Shown: piece by piece, positions 47,807-56,902 of the stretch
Layout of the letters: each line of letters opens with the position of its first letter
How positions within the stretch are numbered: the stretch's first letter is position 1
Source of the DNA: Patescibacteria group bacterium
Lineage (GTDB): Bacteria; Patescibacteriota; Microgenomatia; UBA12405
NCBI GenBank assembly: GCA_018902845.1
Contig: JAHIPV010000020.1
Span: 10,810-74,809, forward strand
Direction of reading: 5' to 3'
Length of the DNA stretch: 64,000 nucleotides
Made by a program: the position numbers and the translations under genes
Notes under the pieces: model-generated
Told to the model about the DNA's origin: nothing
What the model saw: the letters and a program-made list of their open reading frames with translations, nothing else
Database searches by the model: none

Positions 47807-48604
47807 TTAGATGTTGTCGGCGAAGGTTTTTTCTTGAGTTTTGAAATATTTAAGACCGATTAAAAGAGTAAGAATAGAAACTAAAAGGGCGATGAACAGA
47901 CTGGTAATGTTTGGCATTCCCCTGCCTAGAATTGATTGGCGGTAAGCGTTGGTAAGAACGCTTAAGGGATTGAGCTGGAATATGAAGCGAAGATGGGCCG
48001 GAACTATGTCTATCGGGTAAATAATGGGAGTTAGGTACATCCAGAGCATAAGAATAAGACCAAGCATGTATTGGACATCACGATAAATTAGATTGGCGGC
48101 AGAGAAAAAAAGAGAAACACCCAGAGTGAAAATTTGTTGAATCAGAAATATGGGTATGAACCACAAGACATTTAGATTGATTGGGATTTTGTAGATAAAG
48201 AAAAAAGCGATTAAGATGGTAGAAGCGAAAAAGAAATCAATGATTTTGGCAATGATGGTAGCTAGGGGTAAAATAGTTCTGGGAAAATATATTTTTGTGA
48301 TTAAGTTAGAACTGTTGACAAGTGAATTGGTGGCCGAAGAAAGAGAATTTGAAAAAAGAGTCCATGGCAAGAGAGCGGTGTAAAGGAAAATTGAATATGG
48401 GATTTTGGAATTGGCGTGAGTGGGAATACGCATGATGACAGAAAAGGCGAAGCTCATAACCAGCATTTGTAAGAAAGGGTTTAAGATTACCCAGAAGTAG
48501 CCTAGAATTGATTGTTTGTAACGGGCTTTGATTTCGCGACCGACCATTTGAAAAAGCAGTTCTTTGCGAGCTAGGATGGCTTTGGTTTCGGTGATGAGGA
48601 GCAT
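47807..48604 (-). CDS. wzm: Polysaccharide ABC exporter permease
   Basis: REIKARYKQSILG.FW, KIYFPR, YRDV, TPIIY, NP, FAD.I. Confidence 0.92.
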   Translation of the reverse strand: MLLITETKAILARKELLFQMVGREIKARYKQSILGYFWVILNPFLQMLVMSFAFSVIMRIPTHANSKIPYSIFLYTALLPWTLFSNSLSSATNSLVNSSNLITKIYFPRTILPLATIIAKIIDFFFASTILIAFFFIYKIPINLNVLWFIPIFLIQQIFTLGVSLFFSAANLIYRDVQYMLGLILMLWMYLTPIIYPIDIVPAHLRFIFQLNPLSVLTNAYRQSILGRGMPNITSLFIALLVSILTLLIGLKYFKTQEKTFADNI

Positions 48605-48622
48605 GAAGGTAGTATAAAGGAA

Positions 48623-48870
48623 TAAATCCTAAATTCTAATATCTAAATTCTAAACAATATTTAAATTCAAATGTTCAAAACTTAAAATAAATTTAATGTT
48701 GTTATTGGGAGGAATGAAGTGATGCGTCTGCGGGCGACCGCAAGGGTCGCCCCTACGAAGGGTGTGATGATGGGTGTTTTTCTGGGGGGATTCTTCGTGG
48801 AAACCTCAGAATGACGGTGGGATGGGGTTGGGAGGAAGAGTTTTAGACAGGTTAGAAACCTGTCTCTACA
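48623..48870. repeat. Intergenic cluster of four repeat types
   Basis: 60-bp heptamer element 48623-48682; GTAG REP 48730-48757; CGTC unit 48789-48816; second GTAG REP (GTAGAGACAGGTT...AACCTGTCT) 48845-48870. Confidence 0.85.
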
Positions 48871-48899
48871 CGGAGGCTGGTGGATTAAAAAGAAAAAGC

Positions 48900-48924
48900 A
48901 ACTGTTGCAAATTTTGCAACAGTT
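48900..48924. promoter_or_regulatory. Perfect 25-bp palindrome upstream of Fic/Doc gene
   Basis: AACTGTTGCAAA-T-TTTGCAACAGTT. Confidence 0.65.
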
Positions 48925-48952
48925 TAAATAGTTGGGTTTGGTAGAATGAGGA

Positions 48953-49492
48953 ATGGATGAAGAGAGTAAAAAAGAATTAGCTGTAATAATTTCTGACTAT
49001 ATTGAGTCGTTGTCTTTGTTGAAGCAGTATGATGATAGGAAAATAAGGGTTTCTGGTTTGTCTGAGAAAGTAAAGTATGTTTTGGAATATAAAAAAGTGG
49101 TTGGTCTGGTGATGGAGCTGAGACAAGACTTGATTAAAAAGAATTTGGCTACAGAATTATTTGGAGTTGAAAATAGTAAAAAACTGGATGGGTTGATTGG
49201 GGCTATTAATCAAACTTTTGATGGAAAAAATTTGTATTCAAGTATTGAAGAAAAAGCGGCTAATTTGTTGTATATGGTTATTAAAGATCATCCTTTTGTC
49301 GATGGAAATAAAAGGACGGCGGCGACTTTGTTTGTATATTTTTTGAATAGAAATGGATATTTGTTTAAGAAGAATGGCGAAAGAAAGATTGATGATAGGG
49401 CTTTGGTGGCTTTGACTTTGTTGATTGCGGTCAGTGATCCAAGGGAGAAGGAAATGATGGTTAAGTTGACGATGAGTTTGATAAAGAATTAG
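48953..49492 (+). CDS. Fic/Doc-family protein (resembles C-terminal half of RhuM/Fic fusions)
   Basis: QTFDG..LY.SIEEKAANLLY, HPFVDGNKRTAA. Confidence 0.85.
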   Translation: MDEESKKELAVIISDYIESLSLLKQYDDRKIRVSGLSEKVKYVLEYKKVVGLVMELRQDLIKKNLATELFGVENSKKLDGLIGAINQTFDGKNLYSSIEEKAANLLYMVIKDHPFVDGNKRTAATLFVYFLNRNGYLFKKNGERKIDDRALVALTLLIAVSDPREKEMMVKLTMSLIKN

Positions 49493-49545
49493 ACAATTAG
49501 ATAACTAGACAACTAGATTACTGGATTACTGGATGACTGGATAAA
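49490..49545 (+). repeat. Tandem array of seven 8-mers
   Basis: TAGACAAT TAGATAAC TAGACAAC TAGATTAC TGGATTAC TGGATGAC TGGATAAA, starting at a TAG stop. Confidence 0.9.
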
Positions 49546-49549
49546 ATGT

Positions 49550-49702
49550 TGTCATTGCGAGGAGTCCAACGACGTGGCAATCCCGCAGGAAGAGTAAAAA
49601 GGTGTTGATTAAAATCCCGACGGGATCCTCCAGAGGCGGACACGTTGCCATGTTGTCACGTAATAAATTAAGAAATTTAAACGTGATTTCCTCGCAATGA
49701 CA
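49550..49702. repeat. TGTCATTGCGAG-type palindromic element (RPE-like) with nested hairpins
   Basis: TGTCATTGCGAGGA ... TCCTCGCAATGACA terminal inverted repeat. Confidence 0.85.
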
Positions 49703-49730
49703 GGTTTTGGAGTTTGGTAGAATTGGAGAT

Positions 49731-51539
49731 ATGGGACAGAGGAAGATAAAAGCAGAAAGACGAAAAAAGAAAAACAAGGAGATCCTTCGCTACACTCAGG
49801 ATGACGGTGGGAGGCAGAATGACGGTGGGAGGATTCAGAACGACGGTGGGAGGCAGAATGACGGGGGGAGGGATTCGGGACGGGCTCGGTTTTGGTTTGG
49901 CAAGGTTGGAATAAGGGGAATATTGAGGGAGAATTGGAAGTTTTTGGTGATATTAACGATGGGGATTGTTTTGCTTTATTTGAATGCAATGAGAGGAGAT
50001 TTTGTGTCTGATGATTATGCCACTATTCCAAACAATCCTTTAATCAAGGATATGTCAGCCGGTTTTAAGGGTTTGAACGTTGTTTATATAAGCAATGTGA
50101 TTATCGCCAGACTTTTTGGAGTTACTCCCCTCCCTTTTCATTTGTATAGCCTCTTTTTGTTTATTTTGACTTGTGTGGTGGCTTTTCTTTTTTTGCGAGT
50201 TTTGTTTGGTGAAAAAGTAGCCAAATTAACGACAATTATTTTTGCCGTTCATCCGATTCATGTTGAGGCGGTTTCTTGGATTTCGGGAAAACCCTATACT
50301 TTGGCTTCTATGTTTATGTTGGCGGCTTTGCTGGTTGGAGTGTTTTTGGTGGAGACAAGGAAAAGAAAATATTTGATTTGGATGATAATTTTTGCTCTTT
50401 TGGCTTATCAGTCCGATGCGGCTAGGTCTTTATCTTTTATATTTTTGTTTTTGCTGTATTTGTGGTTTAGAGGTGGACTTGGAGGGATGAAAAAGCAGTT
50501 TTATAGATATTTGCCTTTTGTATTGGTTGTTATAACAACGGGAATTGTAATTTTGTGGCCTGGTATTAAGACAAGAATTGAGTCTGTTAATTCGGGATAT
50601 AATCGAGTTGGAAGTATTTTTTATAATCCGTTTTTTCAATATCCGACTTCGGTAACAAAGTATTTACAATTAATGCTGATTCCGGCTGATTTGACACTTT
50701 ATCACACTATGTATACTGTTCCGGTTTGGCTGAATTGGTTGGTTTTGGTGACATTTTTGTCTTTGTTGATATATTCTTTTTTTAGAGATAGAAAGATTTT
50801 TTTTGGATTGAGTTTTATGTTTTTGGCTTCGGTGGCTTCAATGGCGCCGGTTAAGGTTGGCTGGCTGGTGGCAGAAAGGTATATGTTTTTGGGGAGTTTG
50901 GGATTTTGCCTGGTACTGGTTTTGTTTTGGGACAGGATTCCTAAAAAACTGAAATTAGTAAAATTGACAGTTTTTGTATGTTTAATTATTGGTTTTACGG
51001 TTAGAACTTTTGTGAGAAATATTGATTGGCAAACTAATCATAAACTTTGGGTAAATACTGTTCAGACATCTCCAAACAGCCATAATGCTTGGAATAATAT
51101 TGGAGATGATTACGATAAATTAAAAGACTATGAAAACGCCATAAAGGGATTTACTCAATCAACTGTGATGAAGGCCAATTATGCCGATGCCTATCATAAC
51201 AGGGCCAATATTTATTTGAAAACCGGACGTTTGGATTTGGCCAGAGACAGTTATTTGACTGCTTTAAAATATTCCCCCGGTTTGTTTCAGACTTATGTGA
51301 GCTTGACTCAGGTTGAATTGATGCAGAAAAAACCTGAAAAGGCAATGGAATATGCCAAAAAAACGGTTGAGATGCAACCAAACAATTTTCAAGCCCATTA
51401 TGTTTTGGGGGTAGTTTTGGCTCAGTCGGGAAATAGAGAGGAGGCTTTAAAAGAGATAAAGATTTCTTTACAACTGAACCCTAATTTTGGGCCGGCTAAA
51501 GATGCGTTGGTTAAACTAAATTCAGATGAATCAAAATAA
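49731..51539 (+). CDS. TMTC-like GT-C protein O-glycosyltransferase with C-terminal TPRs
   Basis: FVSDD, HPIHVEAVSWISG, AERYMF, RNIDW..L, TPR repeats; repeat-derived N-terminal segment. Confidence 0.85.
   Translation: MGQRKIKAERRKKKNKEILRYTQDDGGRQNDGGRIQNDGGRQNDGGRDSGRARFWFGKVGIRGILRENWKFLVILTMGIVLLYLNAMRGDFVSDDYATIPNNPLIKDMSAGFKGLNVVYISNVIIARLFGVTPLPFHLYSLFLFILTCVVAFLFLRVLFGEKVAKLTTIIFAVHPIHVEAVSWISGKPYTLASMFMLAALLVGVFLVETRKRKYLIWMIIFALLAYQSDAARSLSFIFLFLLYLWFRGGLGGMKKQFYRYLPFVLVVITTGIVILWPGIKTRIESVNSGYNRVGSIFYNPFFQYPTSVTKYLQLMLIPADLTLYHTMYTVPVWLNWLVLVTFLSLLIYSFFRDRKIFFGLSFMFLASVASMAPVKVGWLVAERYMFLGSLGFCLVLVLFWDRIPKKLKLVKLTVFVCLIIGFTVRTFVRNIDWQTNHKLWVNTVQTSPNSHNAWNNIGDDYDKLKDYENAIKGFTQSTVMKANYADAYHNRANIYLKTGRLDLARDSYLTALKYSPGLFQTYVSLTQVELMQKKPEKAMEYAKKTVEMQPNNFQAHYVLGVVLAQSGNREEALKEIKISLQLNPNFGPAKDALVKLNSDESK
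49779..49880 (+). repeat. REP half-unit plus four ~18-bp tandem copies of its end, in frame
   Basis: CAG(G/A)A(T/C)GACGGTGGGAGG x4; encodes EILRYTQDDGGRQNDGGRIQNDGGRQNDGGR. Confidence 0.85.
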
Positions 51540-52926
51540 GGTTTTAATTTTAAATCTTTTTTGTAGAGATAAGAATATCAATCGGGATATGGCCGGTGGT
51601 TTGGGTTATAGCGCTGGTGATGGGGTAATTTTGCCTCCTTTGGATTTATTGATAATTGCTTCTACTTTGAGGCAATTGGGCAAGAAAGTTTTTTTTGTTG
51701 ATGCAATTGCGGAAGGGATTAATGATTTTGAGGTTATTAAAGATTTGATTGTTAAAGAAAGAATTGGGATTTTGATTGGTAATTTGGCTTTGCCGACACT
51801 TAAAGAAGATGTGGAATTTTATAAAAAGGCAAGGGAAGAATTTGGTGATATTAAAATAGTTGTTAAAACAGGAATAAATTATAAGGAAATTTTGGTGGAT
51901 GTGTTTGAGAAATCCGGAGTGGATGTAATTGTTTTTGCTGAGTGTGATCTGGATATCATGGATTATATTGAGGGAAAAAAGAAACAGGGTTCAGTGCAGA
52001 AGATTAAAGGAGAGTTAAGATTTTTTCCGGTTAAAGAAAGGTTTAACAAAATGGATTTATTGCCGGTGGCGGCCAGGGATTTGGCTAAAAATGAATTGTA
52101 TAAATATGTCTTATTGCCTGAAGGTAAAATGACTACCATGCAAACAAGCAGAGGTTGTCCTTTTGCCTGTTGTTATTATTGCCCCTACCCCCTGGTTCAG
52201 GGGAAAAAGTGGAGAGCAATGTCTGTTTTAAGAGTGATTAAAGAGGTTAAGGCAATAGTTTTTTTGGGGATTAAGAATGTTTTTTTTAGAGATGCCACTT
52301 TTACTTTGGATATGGCAAGAACGGAGAAAATTTGTGAGTTGTTGATTAAAAAAAAGATCAAAATTAATTGGTGGTGTGAAACAAGGATAAATGTTTTGAG
52401 TGAAGTTTTGTTGAAAAAAATGAAGAGGGCTGGTTGTCTTGGAATAAACATTGGGGTGGAAACAATGGATAGAGATTTAATAAGAATTGAGGGCAAGCCG
52501 GGGGTGACTTTGGATGATGTGATTAAAATCAGGAATTTGGCCAAGAGAATTGGAGTTAAACTGCATTTTTTGATGGTAGTGGGATTACCGGATGACAATG
52601 CTTTGTCTTTGTATAATACTTTTAAGTATTTGACGGAATTAAATCCGGAAACGATGGGTTTTACTGTAATAACTCCCTATCCCGGCACTGAAATGTTTAA
52701 AGAGGCGTTTAAAAAAGGGTTGATTAAAAATTTTAATTGGAATAATTTTGATGGCTCCGGGATAAACATGAGAACAAAGTATTTATCCAGAATAGAGATT
52801 GGATTAGCAAAACATCTTTTGTCGGCCAGTTCTTATTTCTTAAAAAGAAATTTGATTTTGAAGAGTTTTGGAATATTTTTGATTGATAAGATTTTTAGAA
52901 TTTGGATTTTATTGAGAAAAAAATGA
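51526..52926 (+). CDS. B12-binding radical SAM protein (atypical CPFACCYYC cluster motif)
   Basis: PPLDL, TSRGCPFACCYYC, FRDATFT, GVET, TPYPGT. Confidence 0.85.
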   Translation: MNQNKVLILNLFCRDKNINRDMAGGLGYSAGDGVILPPLDLLIIASTLRQLGKKVFFVDAIAEGINDFEVIKDLIVKERIGILIGNLALPTLKEDVEFYKKAREEFGDIKIVVKTGINYKEILVDVFEKSGVDVIVFAECDLDIMDYIEGKKKQGSVQKIKGELRFFPVKERFNKMDLLPVAARDLAKNELYKYVLLPEGKMTTMQTSRGCPFACCYYCPYPLVQGKKWRAMSVLRVIKEVKAIVFLGIKNVFFRDATFTLDMARTEKICELLIKKKIKINWWCETRINVLSEVLLKKMKRAGCLGINIGVETMDRDLIRIEGKPGVTLDDVIKIRNLAKRIGVKLHFLMVVGLPDDNALSLYNTFKYLTELNPETMGFTVITPYPGTEMFKEAFKKGLIKNFNWNNFDGSGINMRTKYLSRIEIGLAKHLLSASSYFLKRNLILKSFGIFLIDKIFRIWILLRKK

Positions 52927-53840
52927 AGATTTTTGTAACCGGGGCTACTGGAAAAATAGGTAAAAAAATTACCAGACTTTTAGTTGAAAATAGATATAGC
53001 GTGGTTGCTTTGTATAGAGATAAAAAAAGGATATTTTTGAAGGATAAAATTGAATGGGTTAAAGGAGATTTGTTGGATTTGCCGAAAAAAGCAAGCGAAT
53101 GGTTGAAAGAATGTGATTTGATTGTGCATATGGCCGGGAAATTGGGTATGTTTGATAGAGATTGTTTGCGGGTTAATGTTGAGGGCACTAAAAAATTGTT
53201 ACTGTCAATAGATGGGGGAAAAAGGATTAGATTTATTTATTTTAGTTCCATTGATGCCTTTGGAACTACCGGTAAAAAACAGGTTAATGAAAAGGATACT
53301 GCTCTGCCCTATTGTGTTTATGGAAAGTCAAAACTTCTAGCAGAAAAAGCGATAGTTAATTATAGAAAAAAGCATAAATCTTTTTCTTATGTAATTTTGC
53401 GTTTGGGTAATGTGGCTGGATTTGGTGGTGAAGATTTGTTGTCTTGTTTGTATTCAATTAAAAAAAAGAATTTTTTGTTAAAGAAAATATTAATTGGTCT
53501 TTTTGGTGAAAATGAGCTAAATATTGTTTGTATCAACGATATTAAAAGAGTGTTTTTGCAAGTTATTAAAAAAAAGAAGTATAAAAACAGGGTACGGTTT
53601 TTGACAGGAAAGAATGTTAGTTTGTTAATGCTGGTGAGTGGCAGTAGTGGTAGTTTTTTGTTTAAATGTTTTAAAATTGTTTTGCTTTGTTTAATGAAAG
53701 TTAGCAGGAGGGGTGGTTTTTATTACTATTTGGGAGCGGGTGGAGTTTTGAGACCATACAGAAGATACTCCAATAAAATATATGAGGAATTAAAGGTGAA
53801 ATTAAAAAATGAATGTATCAATAATAATAGCAACTTATAA
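52923..53840 (+). CDS. NAD-dependent epimerase/dehydratase
   Basis: TGATGKIG, FSS, YGKSK. Confidence 0.85.
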   Translation: MKIFVTGATGKIGKKITRLLVENRYSVVALYRDKKRIFLKDKIEWVKGDLLDLPKKASEWLKECDLIVHMAGKLGMFDRDCLRVNVEGTKKLLLSIDGGKRIRFIYFSSIDAFGTTGKKQVNEKDTALPYCVYGKSKLLAEKAIVNYRKKHKSFSYVILRLGNVAGFGGEDLLSCLYSIKKKNFLLKKILIGLFGENELNIVCINDIKRVFLQVIKKKKYKNRVRFLTGKNVSLLMLVSGSSGSFLFKCFKIVLLCLMKVSRRGGFYYYLGAGGVLRPYRRYSNKIYEELKVKLKNECINNNSNL

Positions 53841-54729
53841 CAGAGCTGATATTTTAAAAAAGGCTGTTGTTTTGTTAAAAAAACAAAAAACAGATGTAGA
53901 TTTTGAGGTATTGATAGTTGACGATGGTTCGGATGAAAAAAATAAAAAGAAGTTGAAGTTATTAGAGAAAGATTCCAGATTCAGATTTTTTTATAGAAAA
54001 AAAAGGGGTCCGGCCGGAGCCAGAAATTTTGGGATTTTAAAATCAAAAAATGATGTTTTGATATTTATGAATGATGATACTTTTGTGTCAACGGATTTTG
54101 TAAAAAGGCATTTTGAATTTCACAAAACGAATAAAAATGAGGAAGTTTTTTTAACCGGTCCAATGATAAATTATCCTAAATTTAGAATTAGTCCGGCCAT
54201 GGAGTGGCTTTTGAGCAGGAGCAATTTGCATTTTGATTATAGTAATACGGATAACGCTAATTTAGATTGGGGATTTTTTTGGACATGCAATGTGTCTTTG
54301 AAGAAAAAATTTTTGTTAAAAAATAATTTGTTTTTTGATGAGAATTTTCCAAAAGCGGCTTGGGAAGATTTTGAATTTGCTTATAGAGCCAGTTTAAAAG
54401 GAATGAAACTTTTTTATGACGAAAAGTTAACTGTTTATCATTATCATAAATTTAATTTTGATGATGTTTTGAATAGATTTTTTAATCATGGAAGAGGATT
54501 GTATTTTTTGGAACAAAAGGTACCGGCAAAATATTTGCCCCCTATGGGTAAAGATAAATCCAGAAAATTGCTTAGATTTTTTTTGTTTATAAGCATGAGT
54601 TGCTTTTGGTTAAAAATTTCTGAAAAAAGATTAAAAAAGAGTAAAAAAATTTCTAATATATTGATGCAGTTATTAGTTTTGGCTGAAAAATTGAAGGGCT
54701 ATGACTTTGAAAAAAGAAAAATACGATAA
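53809..54729 (+). CDS. GT2 glycosyltransferase
   Basis: IIATYNR, VDDGS, GPAGARN, MNDD, WEDFE. Confidence 0.9.
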   Translation: MNVSIIIATYNRADILKKAVVLLKKQKTDVDFEVLIVDDGSDEKNKKKLKLLEKDSRFRFFYRKKRGPAGARNFGILKSKNDVLIFMNDDTFVSTDFVKRHFEFHKTNKNEEVFLTGPMINYPKFRISPAMEWLLSRSNLHFDYSNTDNANLDWGFFWTCNVSLKKKFLLKNNLFFDENFPKAAWEDFEFAYRASLKGMKLFYDEKLTVYHYHKFNFDDVLNRFFNHGRGLYFLEQKVPAKYLPPMGKDKSRKLLRFFLFISMSCFWLKISEKRLKKSKKISNILMQLLVLAEKLKGYDFEKRKIR

Positions 54730-55444
54730 GGATTATTATAATCGGGGCATAATAGGAAAAGGATTGGAAGATATCTTGATTAGATTGGCGAATCTTGGAG
54801 TATTGAGAGGAGTTAAGGATGGGGCTAGGATTTTGGACTTGGGATGCGGGCAGGGGTTGTGGTTAGAATATTTAAGGAAAAAAGGTTTTGATGGTTGGGG
54901 ATTAGATACCTCTAGGGCGGCGATTGGGGAAGCGGTTAAACGGTTGGGGAAAAAGAAATTGATAGTTGGTGAGTTAGAGAGGGTTGGATTTAAAAAGAAT
55001 TTTTTTGATGCAGTAACTTGTTTCCATGTTTTGGAACATGTAAAGAAAGCTGATAGTTTAGTAAAGGAAGTTTTTGGAATACTTAAAAAAGACGGGTTGT
55101 TTGTTTTGAGACTACCGGATTTTTCTTCTTGGGAGGTGAAGTTGGCTGGTGAGAGATGGTTTCATGGCGATGCTTTGTACCATGTAAAAAATTATGATAA
55201 AAAATCGGTTGTAAAGTTATTGAAAAAAGCGGGTTTTGAGCAAATTGAAGTTAAGCCGGCTTTGTTTGAGTATAGACAGACTTTGTTGTATTCACTGATT
55301 AATTTTTGTGGGGTTGAAAAGATTAGTAGATTTTGGCGGTTTTTGCTTTTGCCTTTGCAGTTATTTTTTGCGCCTTTGTCGTTTTTTTTGGCAGTGGTTT
55401 TTGCCAATAGCGGGACAATGGAAGTTAGAGCTTTGAGAGGATAA
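54701..55444 (+). CDS. Class I SAM-dependent methyltransferase
   Basis: LDLGCGQG, FHVLEH. Confidence 0.88.
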   Translation: MTLKKEKYDKDYYNRGIIGKGLEDILIRLANLGVLRGVKDGARILDLGCGQGLWLEYLRKKGFDGWGLDTSRAAIGEAVKRLGKKKLIVGELERVGFKKNFFDAVTCFHVLEHVKKADSLVKEVFGILKKDGLFVLRLPDFSSWEVKLAGERWFHGDALYHVKNYDKKSVVKLLKKAGFEQIEVKPALFEYRQTLLYSLINFCGVEKISRFWRFLLLPLQLFFAPLSFFLAVVFANSGTMEVRALRG

Positions 55445-55453
55445 GATAAATAA

Positions 55454-56902
55454 GTGAGTAAAAAGATTAAAGTATTAATAGCTAATTCTGTAGGAAAAGA
55501 TGAAAATGGAAATAATTTTATTTTGTTTCCCAGTCGGTGGACAGCCAATGTGGGCAAGACAAAGTCTTTTAATTTTTATCCCTATGAATTGGCTTATTTG
55601 TCAAGTATTTTAAAAAAAGAAAATTGCTGGGATGTATTAATGGTGGATGGGAATTTTGAGGCTTTGGATTGGAAAAAATATTTTGAAAAATATAAATTTG
55701 TGAAACCGGATTTTTTGGTGATGGAAACTTCCAGTGTGGTGTATGAAATGGATTTGAAATTTGGACTGGCTTTTAAGAAGAAATATGGAACAAAATTGAT
55801 TTTTTGTGGCCAGCACCCCAGCGCTTTTGCCAAAGAGGTAATGAAGGATGGGGTGGATTATGTTTGTTTGGGTGAATATGAATTGACGGTTTTGGATATT
55901 TTGAAAGGAAAAAAGAGATCGAAAATCAGGGGTTTGTATCCGAATGAAAGGAGGGAGCTTTTGGAGGTTGATTGTTTGCCTTTTCCTGAAGATGATGATA
56001 TTTCTCGAATAAATTATGCTGACATTGGCGGTTGTGATTATAAGGAAATAGAATTTTTTGCCAGCAGAGGGTGCATGATGAATTGTAATTTTTGTGTAGC
56101 TTCTCAGTTGTATTATAAAAAACCGAATTGGAGAGGAAGGAAAATTGAGAATATTGTGGAAGAAATTAAGTATTTGAAAAATAAATATCCAGAGATGGAG
56201 GGGATATTTTTTGATGAGGAATACCACAATACCAAAAAAAGTTTTATTTTGGATTTGTGTAAAGGCATAATTGATAATGGTTTGGCGGATTTAAAGTATG
56301 ACGCCATGTGTGGTTATTGGACTTTGGACAAAGAGATGCTTGAAGCTATGAAAAGAGCCGGTTATTACAAAATTAGGATTGGGATTGAGTCGGTGGATAT
56401 GAAAACGGCTAAAGGTATAAAGAAAAATATTAATATAAAAAGGCTTTTGAAAGTGTTAAATTTGGCCAAAAAAGTGGGGATGAGAATGTATGGCACTTTT
56501 ACTTTTGGGGCTTTGGGATCGACTGCCAAAAGCGACAGGAAGACGATTAATTTTTTGTCTGAGCTTTTGGATAAGAATTTGCTTTATGATTTTCAAACAT
56601 CAATATGTACTCCTCAACCGGGGACAGGATTTTTTGATTGGCTGGATAAGAATAATTATTTGTTTACCAAAGATTGGTTGAAATATGATGGGAAGACGGC
56701 GGTTTATGAATACCCTGATTATTCAAAAAAAGAGATTGAAGATAATTTAAAATTGGCTCATGTAATTTATGCAAAGAAAGAATTGAAAGACAAGGGATAT
56801 TTAAAATTGATTGGTGATGAAATCAAAAAGTCCGGTTTATTGGGTTTTTGCCGTAAAAGTTTTGAATTGGGGAAAAGCTACTTTTTTTCAGTTAGGCGGT
56901 AA
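55454..56902 (+). CDS. B12-binding radical SAM protein (HpnJ/BchE-like)
   Basis: PSRW, YPYELAY, GQH, GEYE, SRGCMMNCNFC, GIES, TPQPGT. Confidence 0.88.
   Translation: MSKKIKVLIANSVGKDENGNNFILFPSRWTANVGKTKSFNFYPYELAYLSSILKKENCWDVLMVDGNFEALDWKKYFEKYKFVKPDFLVMETSSVVYEMDLKFGLAFKKKYGTKLIFCGQHPSAFAKEVMKDGVDYVCLGEYELTVLDILKGKKRSKIRGLYPNERRELLEVDCLPFPEDDDISRINYADIGGCDYKEIEFFASRGCMMNCNFCVASQLYYKKPNWRGRKIENIVEEIKYLKNKYPEMEGIFFDEEYHNTKKSFILDLCKGIIDNGLADLKYDAMCGYWTLDKEMLEAMKRAGYYKIRIGIESVDMKTAKGIKKNINIKRLLKVLNLAKKVGMRMYGTFTFGALGSTAKSDRKTINFLSELLDKNLLYDFQTSICTPQPGTGFFDWLDKNNYLFTKDWLKYDGKTAVYEYPDYSKKEIEDNLKLAHVIYAKKELKDKGYLKLIGDEIKKSGLLGFCRKSFELGKSYFFSVRR

Noticed and set aside
49526-49989. Minus-strand ORFs 49526-49777 and 49609-49989
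   Set aside because: Antisense readings of the RPE-like element and coding minisatellite
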